A stretch of 64,000 nucleotides of DNA from Chloroflexota bacterium. Its GTDB lineage: Bacteria > Chloroflexota > Anaerolineae > UBA7937 > B3-Chlor. The notes beneath the pieces were generated by a model that searched no databases, was not told where the DNA came from, and saw only the letters and a program-made list of their open reading frames with translations. Positions 28,352 to 39,147 of this stretch are shown here, one piece after another. The stretch lies in the NCBI GenBank assembly GCA_030603665.1, contig JAUVXJ010000013.1:23910-87909 (forward strand). The letters run 5' to 3'. Made by a program: the position numbers and the translations under genes. How positions within the stretch are numbered: position 1 is the first letter of the stretch; every line of letters starts with the position of its first letter.

Positions 28352-29260
28352 ATGAGCTTTCTCAGAAGATTCGTGTCGGATAAGGGACCACTGATCAAAC
28401 GCGTTCTTGGCGGCAGCCTGATGGTCTTCTCGGCGCTGGGCCTGGTGATCAGCTTGCTCGGACTGGGGGGCGTCTGCAGGTTCAGCGGACCAGTTGCCGC
28501 CAGCGCTGACGAGGCCCTCACACTGACCGTCGCCGCCTTGACCTCGACCCAAGAGAACCTCGACCTGGCCCAGACGGCACTGGGAGAGGCACAAGTTGCC
28601 CTCGGCGCCATGCAAGACCTGGTAGAGGGCGCAGGCGAAGGCATGGAGAACACCAGTGCGCTGGTGGGGTCGGTGGGTGACATGCTGCTGAAGGATCTGC
28701 CAGACGTGATTGAGGAATCACAGCTCTCGCTGGCCGCCGCGGAGGAGGGCGCCGCGGTGATAGAGGAGTTGCTCTACGGGCTGAACGCCATCTCCAGACT
28801 CACCGGTGTGACCTATGACCCGGATGTCTCGCTGACGGAAGGCTTCGCTCGCATCAACGAGAGCCTGGATGCGCTTCCGGAATCACTGGCCGAGCTTGAT
28901 GGAAGCCTGAACGCAACTCAAGAGAATCTCGATGACCTGCAAACCACATTCACGGAGCTGACCGGCCCGCTTTCTGAGAGCCAGGCAGTCCTGTCGGAAG
29001 CCCAGTCGAGTGTGGAAACCTACAGCGATACGATCGAACAACTGACCCTCAGGGTCAGCAATCTCCGGGAGAGTCTCCCCAATTGGATCCGCATCACTGT
29101 AGTCTCTCTATACTTCTTGCTCATCTGGCTAGCGGTCTCCCAGATGGGACTCCTCTGGCAGGGCTGGGAGATGCTAAGCCATCATCCCAGACTGTTGGAG
29201 GATCGCGTCCGAGAGCTGGAGGAGAAGGTGGAAGAACTTGCGATGCACTCCAGAGAATAG
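28352..29260 (+). CDS. Membrane-anchored coiled-coil hypothetical protein
   Basis: N- and C-terminal TM helices flanking a heptad-rich region. Confidence 0.8.
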   Translation: MSFLRRFVSDKGPLIKRVLGGSLMVFSALGLVISLLGLGGVCRFSGPVAASADEALTLTVAALTSTQENLDLAQTALGEAQVALGAMQDLVEGAGEGMENTSALVGSVGDMLLKDLPDVIEESQLSLAAAEEGAAVIEELLYGLNAISRLTGVTYDPDVSLTEGFARINESLDALPESLAELDGSLNATQENLDDLQTTFTELTGPLSESQAVLSEAQSSVETYSDTIEQLTLRVSNLRESLPNWIRITVVSLYFLLIWLAVSQMGLLWQGWEMLSHHPRLLEDRVRELEEKVEELAMHSRE

Positions 29261-29489
29261 AACAGCCTAGCTCCTCCAATCACGCCGTTCGCCGACGATG
29301 CCATCGACGAATCACCCTACGGCATCCTCATCGGATATGTCGCCTCATGGTCCTAGCACCTAGCTTGTCCTGCAACAGACAACACGCATGGGCCGAAATG
29401 GCTATTGACAGTACAGATGCTAGACCGATATACGCAGCTACCGATGCATCCGTGCCCATGTCCCCGGCTCGACTCCTTGACAGTCGGGA

Positions 29490-29717
29490 TCACACGCCAG
29501 AAGGGAGATGGATCGCGAACTTGCAGACATCGTCGCCTTGGAGCACGCTCTCCAGCATCTCCACTTCGACGCTCTGTTGCAGTATCTCCTCCCAGATGCC
29601 CCTGTAGAAGCCACCCCCACAGTAGCAGTACGTTGGAGAGATGCTCACGGATGACTTCAACGCATCCCGGACTCTAGGGCAATGACAGTACAGCTGCTGC
29701 CACGTGGCCCCCGGCAA
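29490..29717 (-). pseudogene. C-terminal remnant of a Cys-rich DUF6144/V4R-like protein
   Basis: YCHCPRVR...TYCYCGGGFYRGIWEEIL...VEMLESVLQGDDVCKFAIHLP, without N-terminal part or RBS. Confidence 0.6.
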
Positions 29718-29904
29718 GGGATGTACCCCACTCTTGCCCGCTTGTGCCCCTCAGCGTATCATTAGTCAACTAGGAGACGGCGCATCACTCCCGCGGGGCA
29801 TGCTCCGAGGAACCAGTGCGGGGTGGCAGGGTCGGCGGCGAGCACAGGACCCCCGGCATCAAGCGGGTCCCTGACGCGAATAGCCAGAAGGGTAGGAGGG
29901 CACC

Positions 29905-30465
29905 ATGCGTATCGAGAAAGCATCATTCCTGGGAGGCGCCGACTTCCAATCAGGCGATCAGACCTACAAGGACGTTTTCGAGACCGCCAGACTCCTGGCT
30001 CAGAGCAGCATCACGGTGTTGAACGGTGGCGGCCCCGGTGTGATGCGAGCTGCAACCGAGGGAGCTCATGAAGGCGGCGGCCGCGCCGTGGGAGTCACCT
30101 ACTACCCCAAGTACGAACACGCCACGTACGAAGGCAGGGATTTCCTCAACCATTTCGATGAAGAGGTGGTAACGGCAGACTATTTCGAGCGTACCCAGAC
30201 TCTCTTGGAGATGGGAGATGTCCACATAGTGTTCAGGGGCGGGACGGGCACCATCAGTGAATTCGGCATGAGCTGGGCCCTGTCCAGGATTCACCTGGGC
30301 CACAGCGTCCCCCTGCTCCTCTTCGGAGGGTTCTGGGAGGAGATCACCAACTGCCTCAAGGAGTACATGTACATGCGGGAGGACGAGTTCCGCATCTACC
30401 ATGTCGTCACTTCCCCACAAGAGGTCCTCGATACGATACGGAAGCTGGAGCAAGCCACAACCTGA
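29905..30465 (+). CDS. LOG/SLOG family protein
   Basis: NGGGPGVMRAATEGA, GGTGTISE. Confidence 0.88.
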   Translation: MRIEKASFLGGADFQSGDQTYKDVFETARLLAQSSITVLNGGGPGVMRAATEGAHEGGGRAVGVTYYPKYEHATYEGRDFLNHFDEEVVTADYFERTQTLLEMGDVHIVFRGGTGTISEFGMSWALSRIHLGHSVPLLLFGGFWEEITNCLKEYMYMREDEFRIYHVVTSPQEVLDTIRKLEQATT

Positions 30466-30493
30466 CAGCGCATCTAGAGAGGGAGAGTAGTCC

Positions 30494-31351
30494 ATGACCA
30501 GCGAGAAGATCACGGTCGTGAAGCGCTCCGGGGAATACGAGCCCTTCTCCGAAAGAAAGGTTCGAACCTCCCTCATGAGGGCCGGAGCAGATGATGGGCT
30601 CATCGACGCCATCGTCCGCCGGGTCGAGAGAGAGCTCTACGATGGCATCTCCACCAGGGAGATCTATGCCCACGTCTTCGCACTGCTCAGAGAACTCCAG
30701 AGCCCCCTGGTGTCCAAGTATGACTTGAAGAGATCGATCATGGAGCTTGGTCCCTCGGGCTTTCCCTTCGAGAAGTTCGTGGCCGGTGTCCTCCAGGCCC
30801 AGGGGTTCACCGTGGCGGTGGGGCAGATAGTCCAGGGTAAGTGCGTCGACCATGAGGTGGATATGATCGCCCAGAAGGGTCACAGGCATTACATGATCGA
30901 GGCCAAGTTTCACAACCAGCCCGGCCTTAAATCGGACATCAAAGATGCACTGTACACCTATGCCAGGTTTCTGGACGTCGAGCAAATCTGGGTGGAGATC
31001 GCCGGCCACCGGGCTCACCTGCACCGGGCCTGGCTCATCACCAACACCAAGGTCACGTCGAAAGTGAGGGAATACGCCAAGTGCGCAGGCATGCGGGTGA
31101 CGAGCTGGAACTACCCCTCCAGAGCCAGTCTGAGGTTGATGGTAGAAGAGAGCGGCCTGCTCCCTGTGACCTCTCTCCAGTCCCTTGGCCCAGAGGACAA
31201 GGCGAGGCTCCTCGGGGAAGGTATCATCTTCTGTCGCGAGCTGCCGGAACGGGACATCCCCTTCCTGAGCCGCCACAAGCTCGAGAAAGCACGCAAGGAG
31301 GCCCTGGAGGCGTGCAGAGGGAAGGTCTCTCCATCCCAGGTAGAGTCATGA
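30494..31351 (+). CDS. ATP-cone domain + Mrr-like restriction endonuclease domain protein
   Basis: VVKRSGEYEPFSERKV (ATP cone); LGPSGFPFEKFV, HEVDMIA...IEAKFH, LITNTK. Confidence 0.85.
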   Translation: MTSEKITVVKRSGEYEPFSERKVRTSLMRAGADDGLIDAIVRRVERELYDGISTREIYAHVFALLRELQSPLVSKYDLKRSIMELGPSGFPFEKFVAGVLQAQGFTVAVGQIVQGKCVDHEVDMIAQKGHRHYMIEAKFHNQPGLKSDIKDALYTYARFLDVEQIWVEIAGHRAHLHRAWLITNTKVTSKVREYAKCAGMRVTSWNYPSRASLRLMVEESGLLPVTSLQSLGPEDKARLLGEGIIFCRELPERDIPFLSRHKLEKARKEALEACRGKVSPSQVES

Positions 31352-31448
31352 ATGCCCGGACCGAGGTGGCAGGATTCACATCAAGCTTCGTAGGCGCGAC
31401 GCCACACACCTGCCGTGGAATGCCTCGCCCATCACAGCGCTGATCCAC

Positions 31449-32579
31449 CTACACTCCCTTCAGCGCCTCTGCCGAGAATGACCGCTCCAGCTCCTCGTCG
31501 ACGAACACTCCATCTTCTCGAATGAGCTCGCCGTCGAAGTAGATCTCCCCGCCACCGTACTCCTTCCGCTGGATCTGCACCAGGTCCCAGTGTATGGCAG
31601 ACCGATTCCCGTTGGACGCATCGTCGTAGCAGTTACCGGCGGCCAGATGCAAGGAGCCGGCTATCTTCTCCGTGAACAGGACGTCCCTGCTGGGATGCAG
31701 GATGAAGGGATTGAGACCGAGAGCGAATTCCCCGATGTAGCGCGCACCTTCGTCGGTGTCCAGAATCTGATTCAACCGCTCGTTGTCGCCTTGACACGTG
31801 GCGTCAACGATCTTGCCATCGCGCAGCTCGAACCTAACATCGTGGAACACCGACCCCTTGAATAACCCCGGGGTGTTGAAGGTGATCGTCCCGTTGACAG
31901 AATCCTTCACGGGGGCTGTCAACAGCTCGCCATCCGGGATGTTGCTCTTGCCGTCCCATTTCATGGAGGGGATACCCTTGATGGAAAAGGTGAGGTCGGT
32001 GCCTGGCGCAACGAGGTGTACGATATCTGTCCTCTCCATCAGCTCTGCCAGAGGGTCCATGGCCTTCGACATCCTGGCATAGTCCAGGCAGCAGACGTCG
32101 TAGTAGAGGTCCTCATAGGACTCCTGACTCATCTCCGACAGCTGAGCAATGGAGTTGGAAGGGTAATGGAGTATGCACCATTTGGTTCTCCTGACACGGA
32201 TCTCTTGGTGGACCGGTTTCACGTAAAGCGTTTGGTTCATCCGTAACTGCTGAGCTGAGACATCGGCCAGGTCGAAGGGATTGTCGTCGGCGATCACCAC
32301 GAGCCAGGCATCACTCTGCTCCACGAGCCTCAGATGCCAGTCTGTGCGAGCCCTGAACTGCTCCTCCGTGGCGAACGGAATCCACTGGCGCTGAAACGAT
32401 GCGTCGTTGAAGTACCAGAAGGGCACGGCGCCCCTCTGCGTAGCCTGCCTGACCAGGACCTTGGTCAGTTCCAGAGCCTCTCTCCCGGAGACCTCGATGA
32501 ACAAGCGCTCGCCAGGCTGCAATTCGATGGAGTACCCCAGAAGCTGTCTCGCCAGGACTTCGTTTCGCTCGTCTCTCAC
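31449..32579 (-). CDS. Aminopeptidase, M29 (AmpS/thermophilic metalloprotease) family
   Basis: NIPDGELLTAP, DTDEGARYIGEFALG, EKIAGSLHLA, NRSAIHWDLV. Confidence 0.92.
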   Translation of the reverse strand: MRDERNEVLARQLLGYSIELQPGERLFIEVSGREALELTKVLVRQATQRGAVPFWYFNDASFQRQWIPFATEEQFRARTDWHLRLVEQSDAWLVVIADDNPFDLADVSAQQLRMNQTLYVKPVHQEIRVRRTKWCILHYPSNSIAQLSEMSQESYEDLYYDVCCLDYARMSKAMDPLAELMERTDIVHLVAPGTDLTFSIKGIPSMKWDGKSNIPDGELLTAPVKDSVNGTITFNTPGLFKGSVFHDVRFELRDGKIVDATCQGDNERLNQILDTDEGARYIGEFALGLNPFILHPSRDVLFTEKIAGSLHLAAGNCYDDASNGNRSAIHWDLVQIQRKEYGGGEIYFDGELIREDGVFVDEELERSFSAEALKGV

Positions 32580-32653
32580 GATCGTCCCTTTCTCCCTCCT
32601 GCCACGAAGGCTGCCCGCACCCACGGTGGAGGCGCCCACCTTCGCATCCGCCC

Positions 32654-33289
32654 CTACCCAGCTCCAACAAGCTCGCTCGCTTTCCTCACCGCCGCGGATG
32701 CATCTGGAGCGTAGCCGTTGGCACCTATCTCGTCGCAGTACTCCTGGGACAAGGGCGCGCCGCCCACCAGCACCTTCACCCCATCGAGCAGACCGGCCTT
32801 GGCCAGCGCCTTCATGGTCCTCTCCATAGCGGGCATGGTGGTAGTCATCAGCGCCGACATGCCCACGATATCCGTCTTGGCCTGTTGCAGCGCTGCTACG
32901 AACTTCTCAGGAGCCACGTCTGCTCCCAGGTCAACGATCTCAAAGCCCGCTCCTTCGAGCATCGTACAGACCAGGTTCTTCCCCAAGTCGTGCATGTCGC
33001 CCTGCACGGTCCCCATGGCCACACGACCGACTGCGGTCGATTGTTCACCCACCATCAAGGGCCTCAACACACCGAGTCCAGCCTGCATCGCACGAGACGC
33101 GATGAGCATCTCAGGCACGAAGAACTCGGCTCTCTCGAACCGAGCACCCACCTCCGCCATAGCCGGAACGAGACTCTCGGCGATGACCTGCTGAGGTGTT
33201 GCACCTTCTGCCACAGCCTGCTTCACCAGTGTCTCAACAGAAGTCCCGTCGCCTCGCAACACCGCGTCGTATATCTCTCTCACGTCCAT
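32654..33289 (-). CDS. Corrinoid (B12-binding) protein
   Basis: FFVPEMLIAS, GTVQGDMHDLGKNLV (DxHxxG), SALMTTTM, VGGAP. Confidence 0.92.
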   Translation of the reverse strand: MDVREIYDAVLRGDGTSVETLVKQAVAEGATPQQVIAESLVPAMAEVGARFERAEFFVPEMLIASRAMQAGLGVLRPLMVGEQSTAVGRVAMGTVQGDMHDLGKNLVCTMLEGAGFEIVDLGADVAPEKFVAALQQAKTDIVGMSALMTTTMPAMERTMKALAKAGLLDGVKVLVGGAPLSQEYCDEIGANGYAPDASAAVRKASELVGAG

Positions 33290-33402
33290 CGATGATCCTC
33301 CGGCCTCCTGCACCGCCTGCGTTCTCCGGCCCAACTGCCGCTGACTTATGACCTATTGGGAATACTGCACTCCCGATCCGCGCCCGTCTCCAAGCCCTCC
33401 GA

Positions 33403-34548
33403 TTACCCTCCGATAGGATACTGGCCGTATTCGTGTGCGGCTTCGAACAGAGCCACGATATTATCCGGGGGTACATCGGGCTGTATGTTGTGTATAGTAC
33501 CAAAAACGAATCCTCCCCCCGGCGCCAAGTCGTTGATACGCCTCCTTGCCTCCTCCTTCACATCACGCGGCGTTCCAAAGGGCAGCACCCGTATTGGATC
33601 GGCGCCTCCACCCCAGAAGACGATGTCCCGTCCAAACTCCCGCTTCAGTCTGTCCGTCTCCATGTCCCTGGCTGAGACCTGCACCGGGTTGATGATGTCT
33701 ACTCCGCTCTCGATTATGTCGGATAGGGCCCAGTAGATAGATCCACAGCAGTGCAGGAAGATCTTGGCATCGGTCTTCTGGTGAATGAGATCCGTGAGGC
33801 GACGATGCCGCAGCTTGTACACCTCCCGGTACAGGTCGGGGGAGAAAAGAGGCCCGTGTTGGCCACCCAGGTCGTCGCTCAACTCGACCACGTGAACGGA
33901 TGGTCCCACCTCGTCCAGCACCAGGCTCCAGAACTCCAGCAGCCACTCCAGCACCCTCTCGGCCAGGGCCTCCACGTACGCCCTGTTATCCGCCATGTCC
34001 ATGAACAACGCTTCAAGTCCGCGCAGCCAGTACGACTGTTCGAAGACACCGCCGATGGGCGCGTGAATCATTACCGCCTTGTCGGTCTCCTCCAGCAGGC
34101 GCTTGGCCTCATCCGCCAGGCCCTTCACTCGACTGGGGTCGCCCGCGTCGGGAAACTGGAAGTTCTTCAACTCCTCGATGGTCCCCTCCTGGAGAGGATG
34201 ACCTGCCAGATCATACCAGTATCCCCCTGGAGGTCGCCGGTAGACCACGCCCCACTCGTCCACGAAGCTGTCGGTCTCCGGGTCAAGCTTGAACTCGAAA
34301 TCGGCTGCATCGTGAGGAAAGAAGCCCACGACATCCGCATGGAACATATCCTTCACTGCAGGTGCCGGGTCCACTATCTGCTGGAAGGTGTCCATGATGG
34401 GGATGTCGTCCGTCGGGAGTCCCAGATACAGGAGAAGGTTGCGATAAGCCTCGTGGTGCAGCGAGGTGACCAGCCCCCCGAAGTCGATGGGCACCCGATC
34501 AGGCTCTTGGTGGTCCAGAGCAAGAAGAACTCTCTCCCGACTGTTCAT
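33403..34548 (-). CDS. Uroporphyrinogen decarboxylase superfamily protein (MtaA/CmuA-like methyltransferase homologue)
   Basis: MNSRERV..AL.HQEPDRVPID, DDLGGQ, HCCGS, GGGFVFGTIHNIQPDVPPDNI. Confidence 0.88.
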   Translation of the reverse strand: MNSRERVLLALDHQEPDRVPIDFGGLVTSLHHEAYRNLLLYLGLPTDDIPIMDTFQQIVDPAPAVKDMFHADVVGFFPHDAADFEFKLDPETDSFVDEWGVVYRRPPGGYWYDLAGHPLQEGTIEELKNFQFPDAGDPSRVKGLADEAKRLLEETDKAVMIHAPIGGVFEQSYWLRGLEALFMDMADNRAYVEALAERVLEWLLEFWSLVLDEVGPSVHVVELSDDLGGQHGPLFSPDLYREVYKLRHRRLTDLIHQKTDAKIFLHCCGSIYWALSDIIESGVDIINPVQVSARDMETDRLKREFGRDIVFWGGGADPIRVLPFGTPRDVKEEARRRINDLAPGGGFVFGTIHNIQPDVPPDNIVALFEAAHEYGQYPIGG

Positions 34549-34647
34549 TCAAACCTCCAGACCATGAGCGCCCCTTGGAGAAAGGTCGCGTGCAGCATTC
34601 GCGTATCTGCCGAGTACGATTGCCCGTAGGCCCATTCCCACGCATGA

Positions 34648-35289
34648 TCACGGTTCCAGCACCGGGAGATCGTCACAGGGGCCGTTCATGTTCAGGGTCG
34701 CGGCAGGGACCCATCCTGTTATGTCCATCCCTGTGCTACCTAGACTCAGGTCGACCTGAGCCCAGTCGCCGCTCATGCCCAAGACTGCAGCATAGTCGCC
34801 GTGCAACAGTGTCGCCACCACTTCAGACGACCGGTCAGGCTCGGCGTGAACCTGGACCTCGTCCATGGGCATGGTGAAGCAGACCCCGGCAGGAGGCCCG
34901 ATCAGCTCCGGAACTCCCCCACACTGACCCTCCAGACGAACAGCGCCGTTTCCCTCGACCCAGCGTAGCCTGAAGACTCCCACGTTGGCCGCCTGTGCGA
35001 CACCGGGCTCAAGACCCCACCAGCCATCCAGCGTTCTGCCCTCCACCCTCGCGCGGGAGCCTGGCTGCATCACGCCGAAGACGGCGGCGCTGGGATCTGG
35101 CCTGTTGTAGACAATGACCTCACCCTCGGCAACTAGTTCACAGAGCTCAGCGGGTCCGGCGCCCCGCCCGCCGAGATCTCCGTTCGATTGACCTCTCAGG
35201 GCGCAGCCACCACAGAACAGTATGACCAGCAAGGCTCCAGACAATGCCGCCCTTCCCACGCGTCGCTCTACCCCCTCGCCAGCACTCAC
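34648..35289 (-). CDS. SH3-like domain exported/lipoprotein
   Basis: Hydrophobic leader with Cys; two SH3b-like repeats (VYNRPDPSAAVFG; VHAEPDRSSEVVATL...GWV). Confidence 0.7.
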   Translation of the reverse strand: MSAGEGVERRVGRAALSGALLVILFCGGCALRGQSNGDLGGRGAGPAELCELVAEGEVIVYNRPDPSAAVFGVMQPGSRARVEGRTLDGWWGLEPGVAQAANVGVFRLRWVEGNGAVRLEGQCGGVPELIGPPAGVCFTMPMDEVQVHAEPDRSSEVVATLLHGDYAAVLGMSGDWAQVDLSLGSTGMDITGWVPAATLNMNGPCDDLPVLEP

Positions 35290-35975
35290 CAGTACCGCCG
35301 GGGATGCCGATTTGCCACCGCCTCGAGAAGGATGCGCACGTAGTTCGGATCCCCCCGCACCTCCCGGGAGAACCCGGTATCCGAAAGCTCCTCCGTCCCG
35401 TGGGTCCGTACCAGCTCCCTGGCCCTATCCACCATGGGTTCAACCATCGAAGCCAGAGACTCTGCGCTCTCAGCTGAAGGCTGGAGTTGCCGTGCCCGGT
35501 CGTAGAAGTCCTCGATCAGTTCTGAGTACTCCGATCCCTCCTGGAACTGCTCCGGGGGGAGGTGATACCCGGCCGCCACCAGCTTCTCCCACACTCTGAA
35601 GACTTGCCCCGCCATCTCTGGACTTCGAAGCCACCCTGCCCCATACAGCTCGGTCAGAGTGGCGTTGACATCCTCTATCCTCCTGTCCACGTGGGACACG
35701 TCGCTGCCAGGCGGCTTATCTCCTGAGGCCTGCGGGATAAGCGTCGTCAGGTACTCCTGCATCTTCTCCGTCAGGCCAGTACTTGTCTGGGTCTTCACAC
35801 CGTCCTCTATGTCCAGCAGCAAGGAGGCCAGGCTCCTGAGGCTGCCCCTGGGGACCCCCGCCGCCTCCCCGAGATCGCGGGCCTGCTTGGCCATCGACAG
35901 CATCTTCCTGGAGAAGTTCAGGACGTCTCCAAAGCTCAGACTCTCCTGCTCCCAGCTACGCTTTCTAGCGCACAT
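35286..35975 (-). CDS. Hypothetical protein
   Basis: RBS GGAGG, 229-aa ORF, 4-nt overlap with the next gene. Confidence 0.7.
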   Translation of the reverse strand: MCARKRSWEQESLSFGDVLNFSRKMLSMAKQARDLGEAAGVPRGSLRSLASLLLDIEDGVKTQTSTGLTEKMQEYLTTLIPQASGDKPPGSDVSHVDRRIEDVNATLTELYGAGWLRSPEMAGQVFRVWEKLVAAGYHLPPEQFQEGSEYSELIEDFYDRARQLQPSAESAESLASMVEPMVDRARELVRTHGTEELSDTGFSREVRGDPNYVRILLEAVANRHPRRYW

Positions 35976-36266
35976 CTATCCGGCCCTCCTTCAAGCTACC
36001 AAGCACTTCCGCCACCGACGGCTACCGAGAGGATTCTATCAGGGCATGTTAGCACCGGCAAGCGTTGCTCCAAGACGCTGTTCCAGGATATTCCAGCTCA
36101 CCTTTCAGCGGCGCTGCTCAAGCACGCAGCGCCATCGGATCCCTTCCTCGACCAAGATTCTAGCCGGCCGGTGCACGCGGCTTGCGTAGTCGGGGCGTCT
36201 GCAAAGCGGGGCGGGGTCAGGGCGATGCCCGGACTAGCGGCCTACTACTAGGGCATCCAGAAAGGC

Positions 36267-37514
36267 CTACTCCGCCTCCTTTTCCCAGGGGTGCGGTGTC
36301 GGTTGGTCATGCCGCGGCGAGGGACGCCTGCGCCCAATGATCAAGAAAGCCACCGTGCCCACCGCGGCCAGGCCCAGGGTCAGGTACCAGACTCCCACGG
36401 GGGCCACGTTGTCATATACGTATCCGCTGGCGATGGGGCCGATTCCCCAGGCGATGCTGCCCACTATGCCATATACCGCCATGTATCTGCCGCGCATGTC
36501 GATAGGCGCCATCCTGGCCACGAAGGACACGGAGGTGGGAGCCCAGATCAGCTCTCCGACGGTAAGAACGATCATGGCGAGAAGGAACCACCATATGTTG
36601 TATGAAAGGGCCACGGCAAACGCAGCCATCCCTGTCCACAAGGCACCGGCGGCCATCACGTAGGCCTCCGCGTACTTCTCCGTCCTCCTGGTCACTGCAA
36701 ACTGGAAGAAGACCACCATCAGAGCATTGACGGTCATGATCAGGCCAAAACCGCTCTCCGGGATGGCAAACCCCTCCTTCATGTACACTGGGAGAAGCTG
36801 CATGAACGGCTCGTACGCCATCCACAGCAGGATGGAGGCCAGACAGAAGGCTACGAAGTAGTAGTCGCGCAGGATGTACCCATAACCGCCTCCCGGCCGC
36901 TCCACCTTCTCCACCTCAGAAAGCTCTGGCTTGGTCTCCCTGACCAGGAAGACAACCAACAGCAGCGCGATGCTGGCGGCAACTGCCGCAGCGCTGAAGG
37001 TCAAAAAATAGGAAGCAGCGGCCAGAAAGCCGCCCACGGCGGGACCTATGGCGATGCCAGCGTTCGACACCATCCTCAAGAGGGCGTATGCCCCAGCGCG
37101 CTTCTCCTCATCTATCAGATCGGCGATCATGGCGTCCGATCCTATGCGGGAAGCAGGTTCGATGAGTCCGCTCATGGCGATCAGAACAGCATACGCCTGC
37201 AGCGAACCCAGCAGTGCGAAGCCCATCATGATCACGACCTCGTTCGCCAGCCCGGCGACCATGGCCGTCTTCCGCCCGTACTTGTCCACGACGGGGCCCC
37301 ACAACACCTGAGAGAACAGGCCCACCCCCGCATTGAGGGCGAAGAGAACCCCTATTGTAGTCAGAGGGATCTCCAGCCTCTGCCGGAGGTACACCGTGAG
37401 AAAAGGCCATACCAGGCTACCCCCGGTGGCCCCGATGAACCTGGCCACGAACAGGATCCAGAACTGGAGAGGGTATTCGGCTATGGTGTTTCTGATCCTT
37501 GAAATCATCCCCAC
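36267..37514 (-). CDS. MFS transporter
   Basis: 12 TM pattern, GPVVDKYGRK, NAGIAIGPAVGG, APIDMRGRY. Confidence 0.92.
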   Translation of the reverse strand: MGMISRIRNTIAEYPLQFWILFVARFIGATGGSLVWPFLTVYLRQRLEIPLTTIGVLFALNAGVGLFSQVLWGPVVDKYGRKTAMVAGLANEVVIMMGFALLGSLQAYAVLIAMSGLIEPASRIGSDAMIADLIDEEKRAGAYALLRMVSNAGIAIGPAVGGFLAAASYFLTFSAAAVAASIALLLVVFLVRETKPELSEVEKVERPGGGYGYILRDYYFVAFCLASILLWMAYEPFMQLLPVYMKEGFAIPESGFGLIMTVNALMVVFFQFAVTRRTEKYAEAYVMAAGALWTGMAAFAVALSYNIWWFLLAMIVLTVGELIWAPTSVSFVARMAPIDMRGRYMAVYGIVGSIAWGIGPIASGYVYDNVAPVGVWYLTLGLAAVGTVAFLIIGRRRPSPRHDQPTPHPWEKEAE

Positions 37515-37761
37515 AACCTATGAGGTCGGAGCCGCATCACTGGAACGTAGCTCCACCTCAGGCACGGACTTTGGACAATGAGTGCTATTGTACCACAATG
37601 ATCTGACAATGCCCCTTCAGGATTGCTCCAACGTCGCCGAGGCTGATGCGCGAGGTGCAGACACACAGAGAGATCATACGCGACAAAGGGGGTGCAGCGT
37701 TCAGACCTGCGGTCGCCGGGCACCTTGGTGGGACAGGGAGCTCGCTACGCGTGCTCCGTGG

Positions 37762-39147
37762 TCAATAGGGGAACTGGAGGCCCAGAGTTGCTAGCTGTTC
37801 CTTGACTCGCCGGTAGAGGCCGAGATAATCCTCACTCGGCAGAGATGTCCGCACATCGTAGCACTCCCGGAACTCACTGCCCAGAGGTGCATCGGCGATC
37901 TGCTCTTCGTACCTGTCCAGGATCTTCGAGACGAGATCGTTGGCCTCCTTGCGACTGAGCCGCATATTGGCGACGGCGTGTCCCGTTTCAGCAGCCATGC
38001 GCGCCTCCATGGGGGTGGCCCGATTCTTGTGTTTGTTGCGCGCTGGCGCCGCCTCCCAGAGATTAGCGCCGGACACAGTGCTGGTCAGCGCGTGAGCTGC
38101 CGCTTCGTAGAGCACCATCTCCGTTGCCGGGCCTGCGTTGAGGAAGCCATTGGACACAGAGATGATCTTGCTGTTTCTGGCAACGGCCTGATGGCTGGCG
38201 CTGGCCACCCACAGCAGTTCCCTGCTCGTTCCGGACGTGTAGTGGATGTGGAAGGGGAAGTTCATCTGGTAGTGCGCCTGATGGACCAGCAGACCCATGA
38301 GATGATAGGCCACCTGAAGCACGGCCGTCCCCTCAGCCCGGCCCGCGTATCCACCAAAGATCGGTCCTGTCAGGCTCCCGGTGAAACAGCCGAACTGCTG
38401 ATAGTGAGCAGCCTTATTGAGCAGCGCGTTGTCGATCTTCAGCTCGGTCAGTCCTCCAACGAGGCGGCTGTCCGAAGTCCGCACCCCCCAATCGGAACTG
38501 CTGATCGATATCTGCCCCACGTCCGACTCGGCGGTCCCCGCGGCGACCAGGAAGATGCCCGGGCGCCCCACCAGCTTGGCCGCCTCACGCAGACTCATAG
38601 CATGTTCCATGCTCCCCGCCAGTTCGGTGGGCGTCTTGGCCTTGATCTTCAGACCCATGCTCTCCTCGAGAATGGGAGCGCAAAACCCGTCGGCCAGGGG
38701 TTCTCTCAAGTACGCCACGCACATGGGCAGGAACAGCTCCTCGTCGCAGGAGATGTCAGGACTGAAGATCACGAAGGGAGGGTCCTCGTCCTCCACGTCA
38801 CGGCATCTCAACAGGCAGGAATCCTTGCCCAAACCGACCGTGTACTGTCCGGGAATCAAGTATAGCGCTTCCCGCACCTCACTCTCATCGAAGGTGAGAA
38901 TGCGGTGGGTATCCACGCAGAGAACGCCCACCTCCAGGAAGAACTCCACCCCGGCTTGCCACACGGCGTCGGCCAACGCATCATCGCTGGGGATAGGAGT
39001 GGCAGGATCGTACTCTATGCCGTACTTCTTGATCACCTCCTGCATCTTGGGCATGAAGCGGTCCATGGTGAACGCCTCGTCCTCACAGAAGGGGCCCGTG
39101 CGAGCTCGCTCCAGGATCTCCCACATCTTATACGGTGGCGCTGGCAT
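37762..39147 (-). CDS. mtmB: Monomethylamine:corrinoid methyltransferase (MtmB) homologue lacking pyrrolysine
   Basis: ILERARTGP, IPSDDALADAVWQAG, GRPG, TELKID, GGYAGRAEGTAV, AGPATEM, TPMEAR, F.ECYD; no in-frame TAG. Confidence 0.88.
   Translation of the reverse strand: MPAPPYKMWEILERARTGPFCEDEAFTMDRFMPKMQEVIKKYGIEYDPATPIPSDDALADAVWQAGVEFFLEVGVLCVDTHRILTFDESEVREALYLIPGQYTVGLGKDSCLLRCRDVEDEDPPFVIFSPDISCDEELFLPMCVAYLREPLADGFCAPILEESMGLKIKAKTPTELAGSMEHAMSLREAAKLVGRPGIFLVAAGTAESDVGQISISSSDWGVRTSDSRLVGGLTELKIDNALLNKAAHYQQFGCFTGSLTGPIFGGYAGRAEGTAVLQVAYHLMGLLVHQAHYQMNFPFHIHYTSGTSRELLWVASASHQAVARNSKIISVSNGFLNAGPATEMVLYEAAAHALTSTVSGANLWEAAPARNKHKNRATPMEARMAAETGHAVANMRLSRKEANDLVSKILDRYEEQIADAPLGSEFRECYDVRTSLPSEDYLGLYRRVKEQLATLGLQFPY

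Noticed and set aside
37762..39147. Pyrrolysine recoding in mtmB
   Set aside because: The ORF is uninterrupted, with no in-frame TAG.
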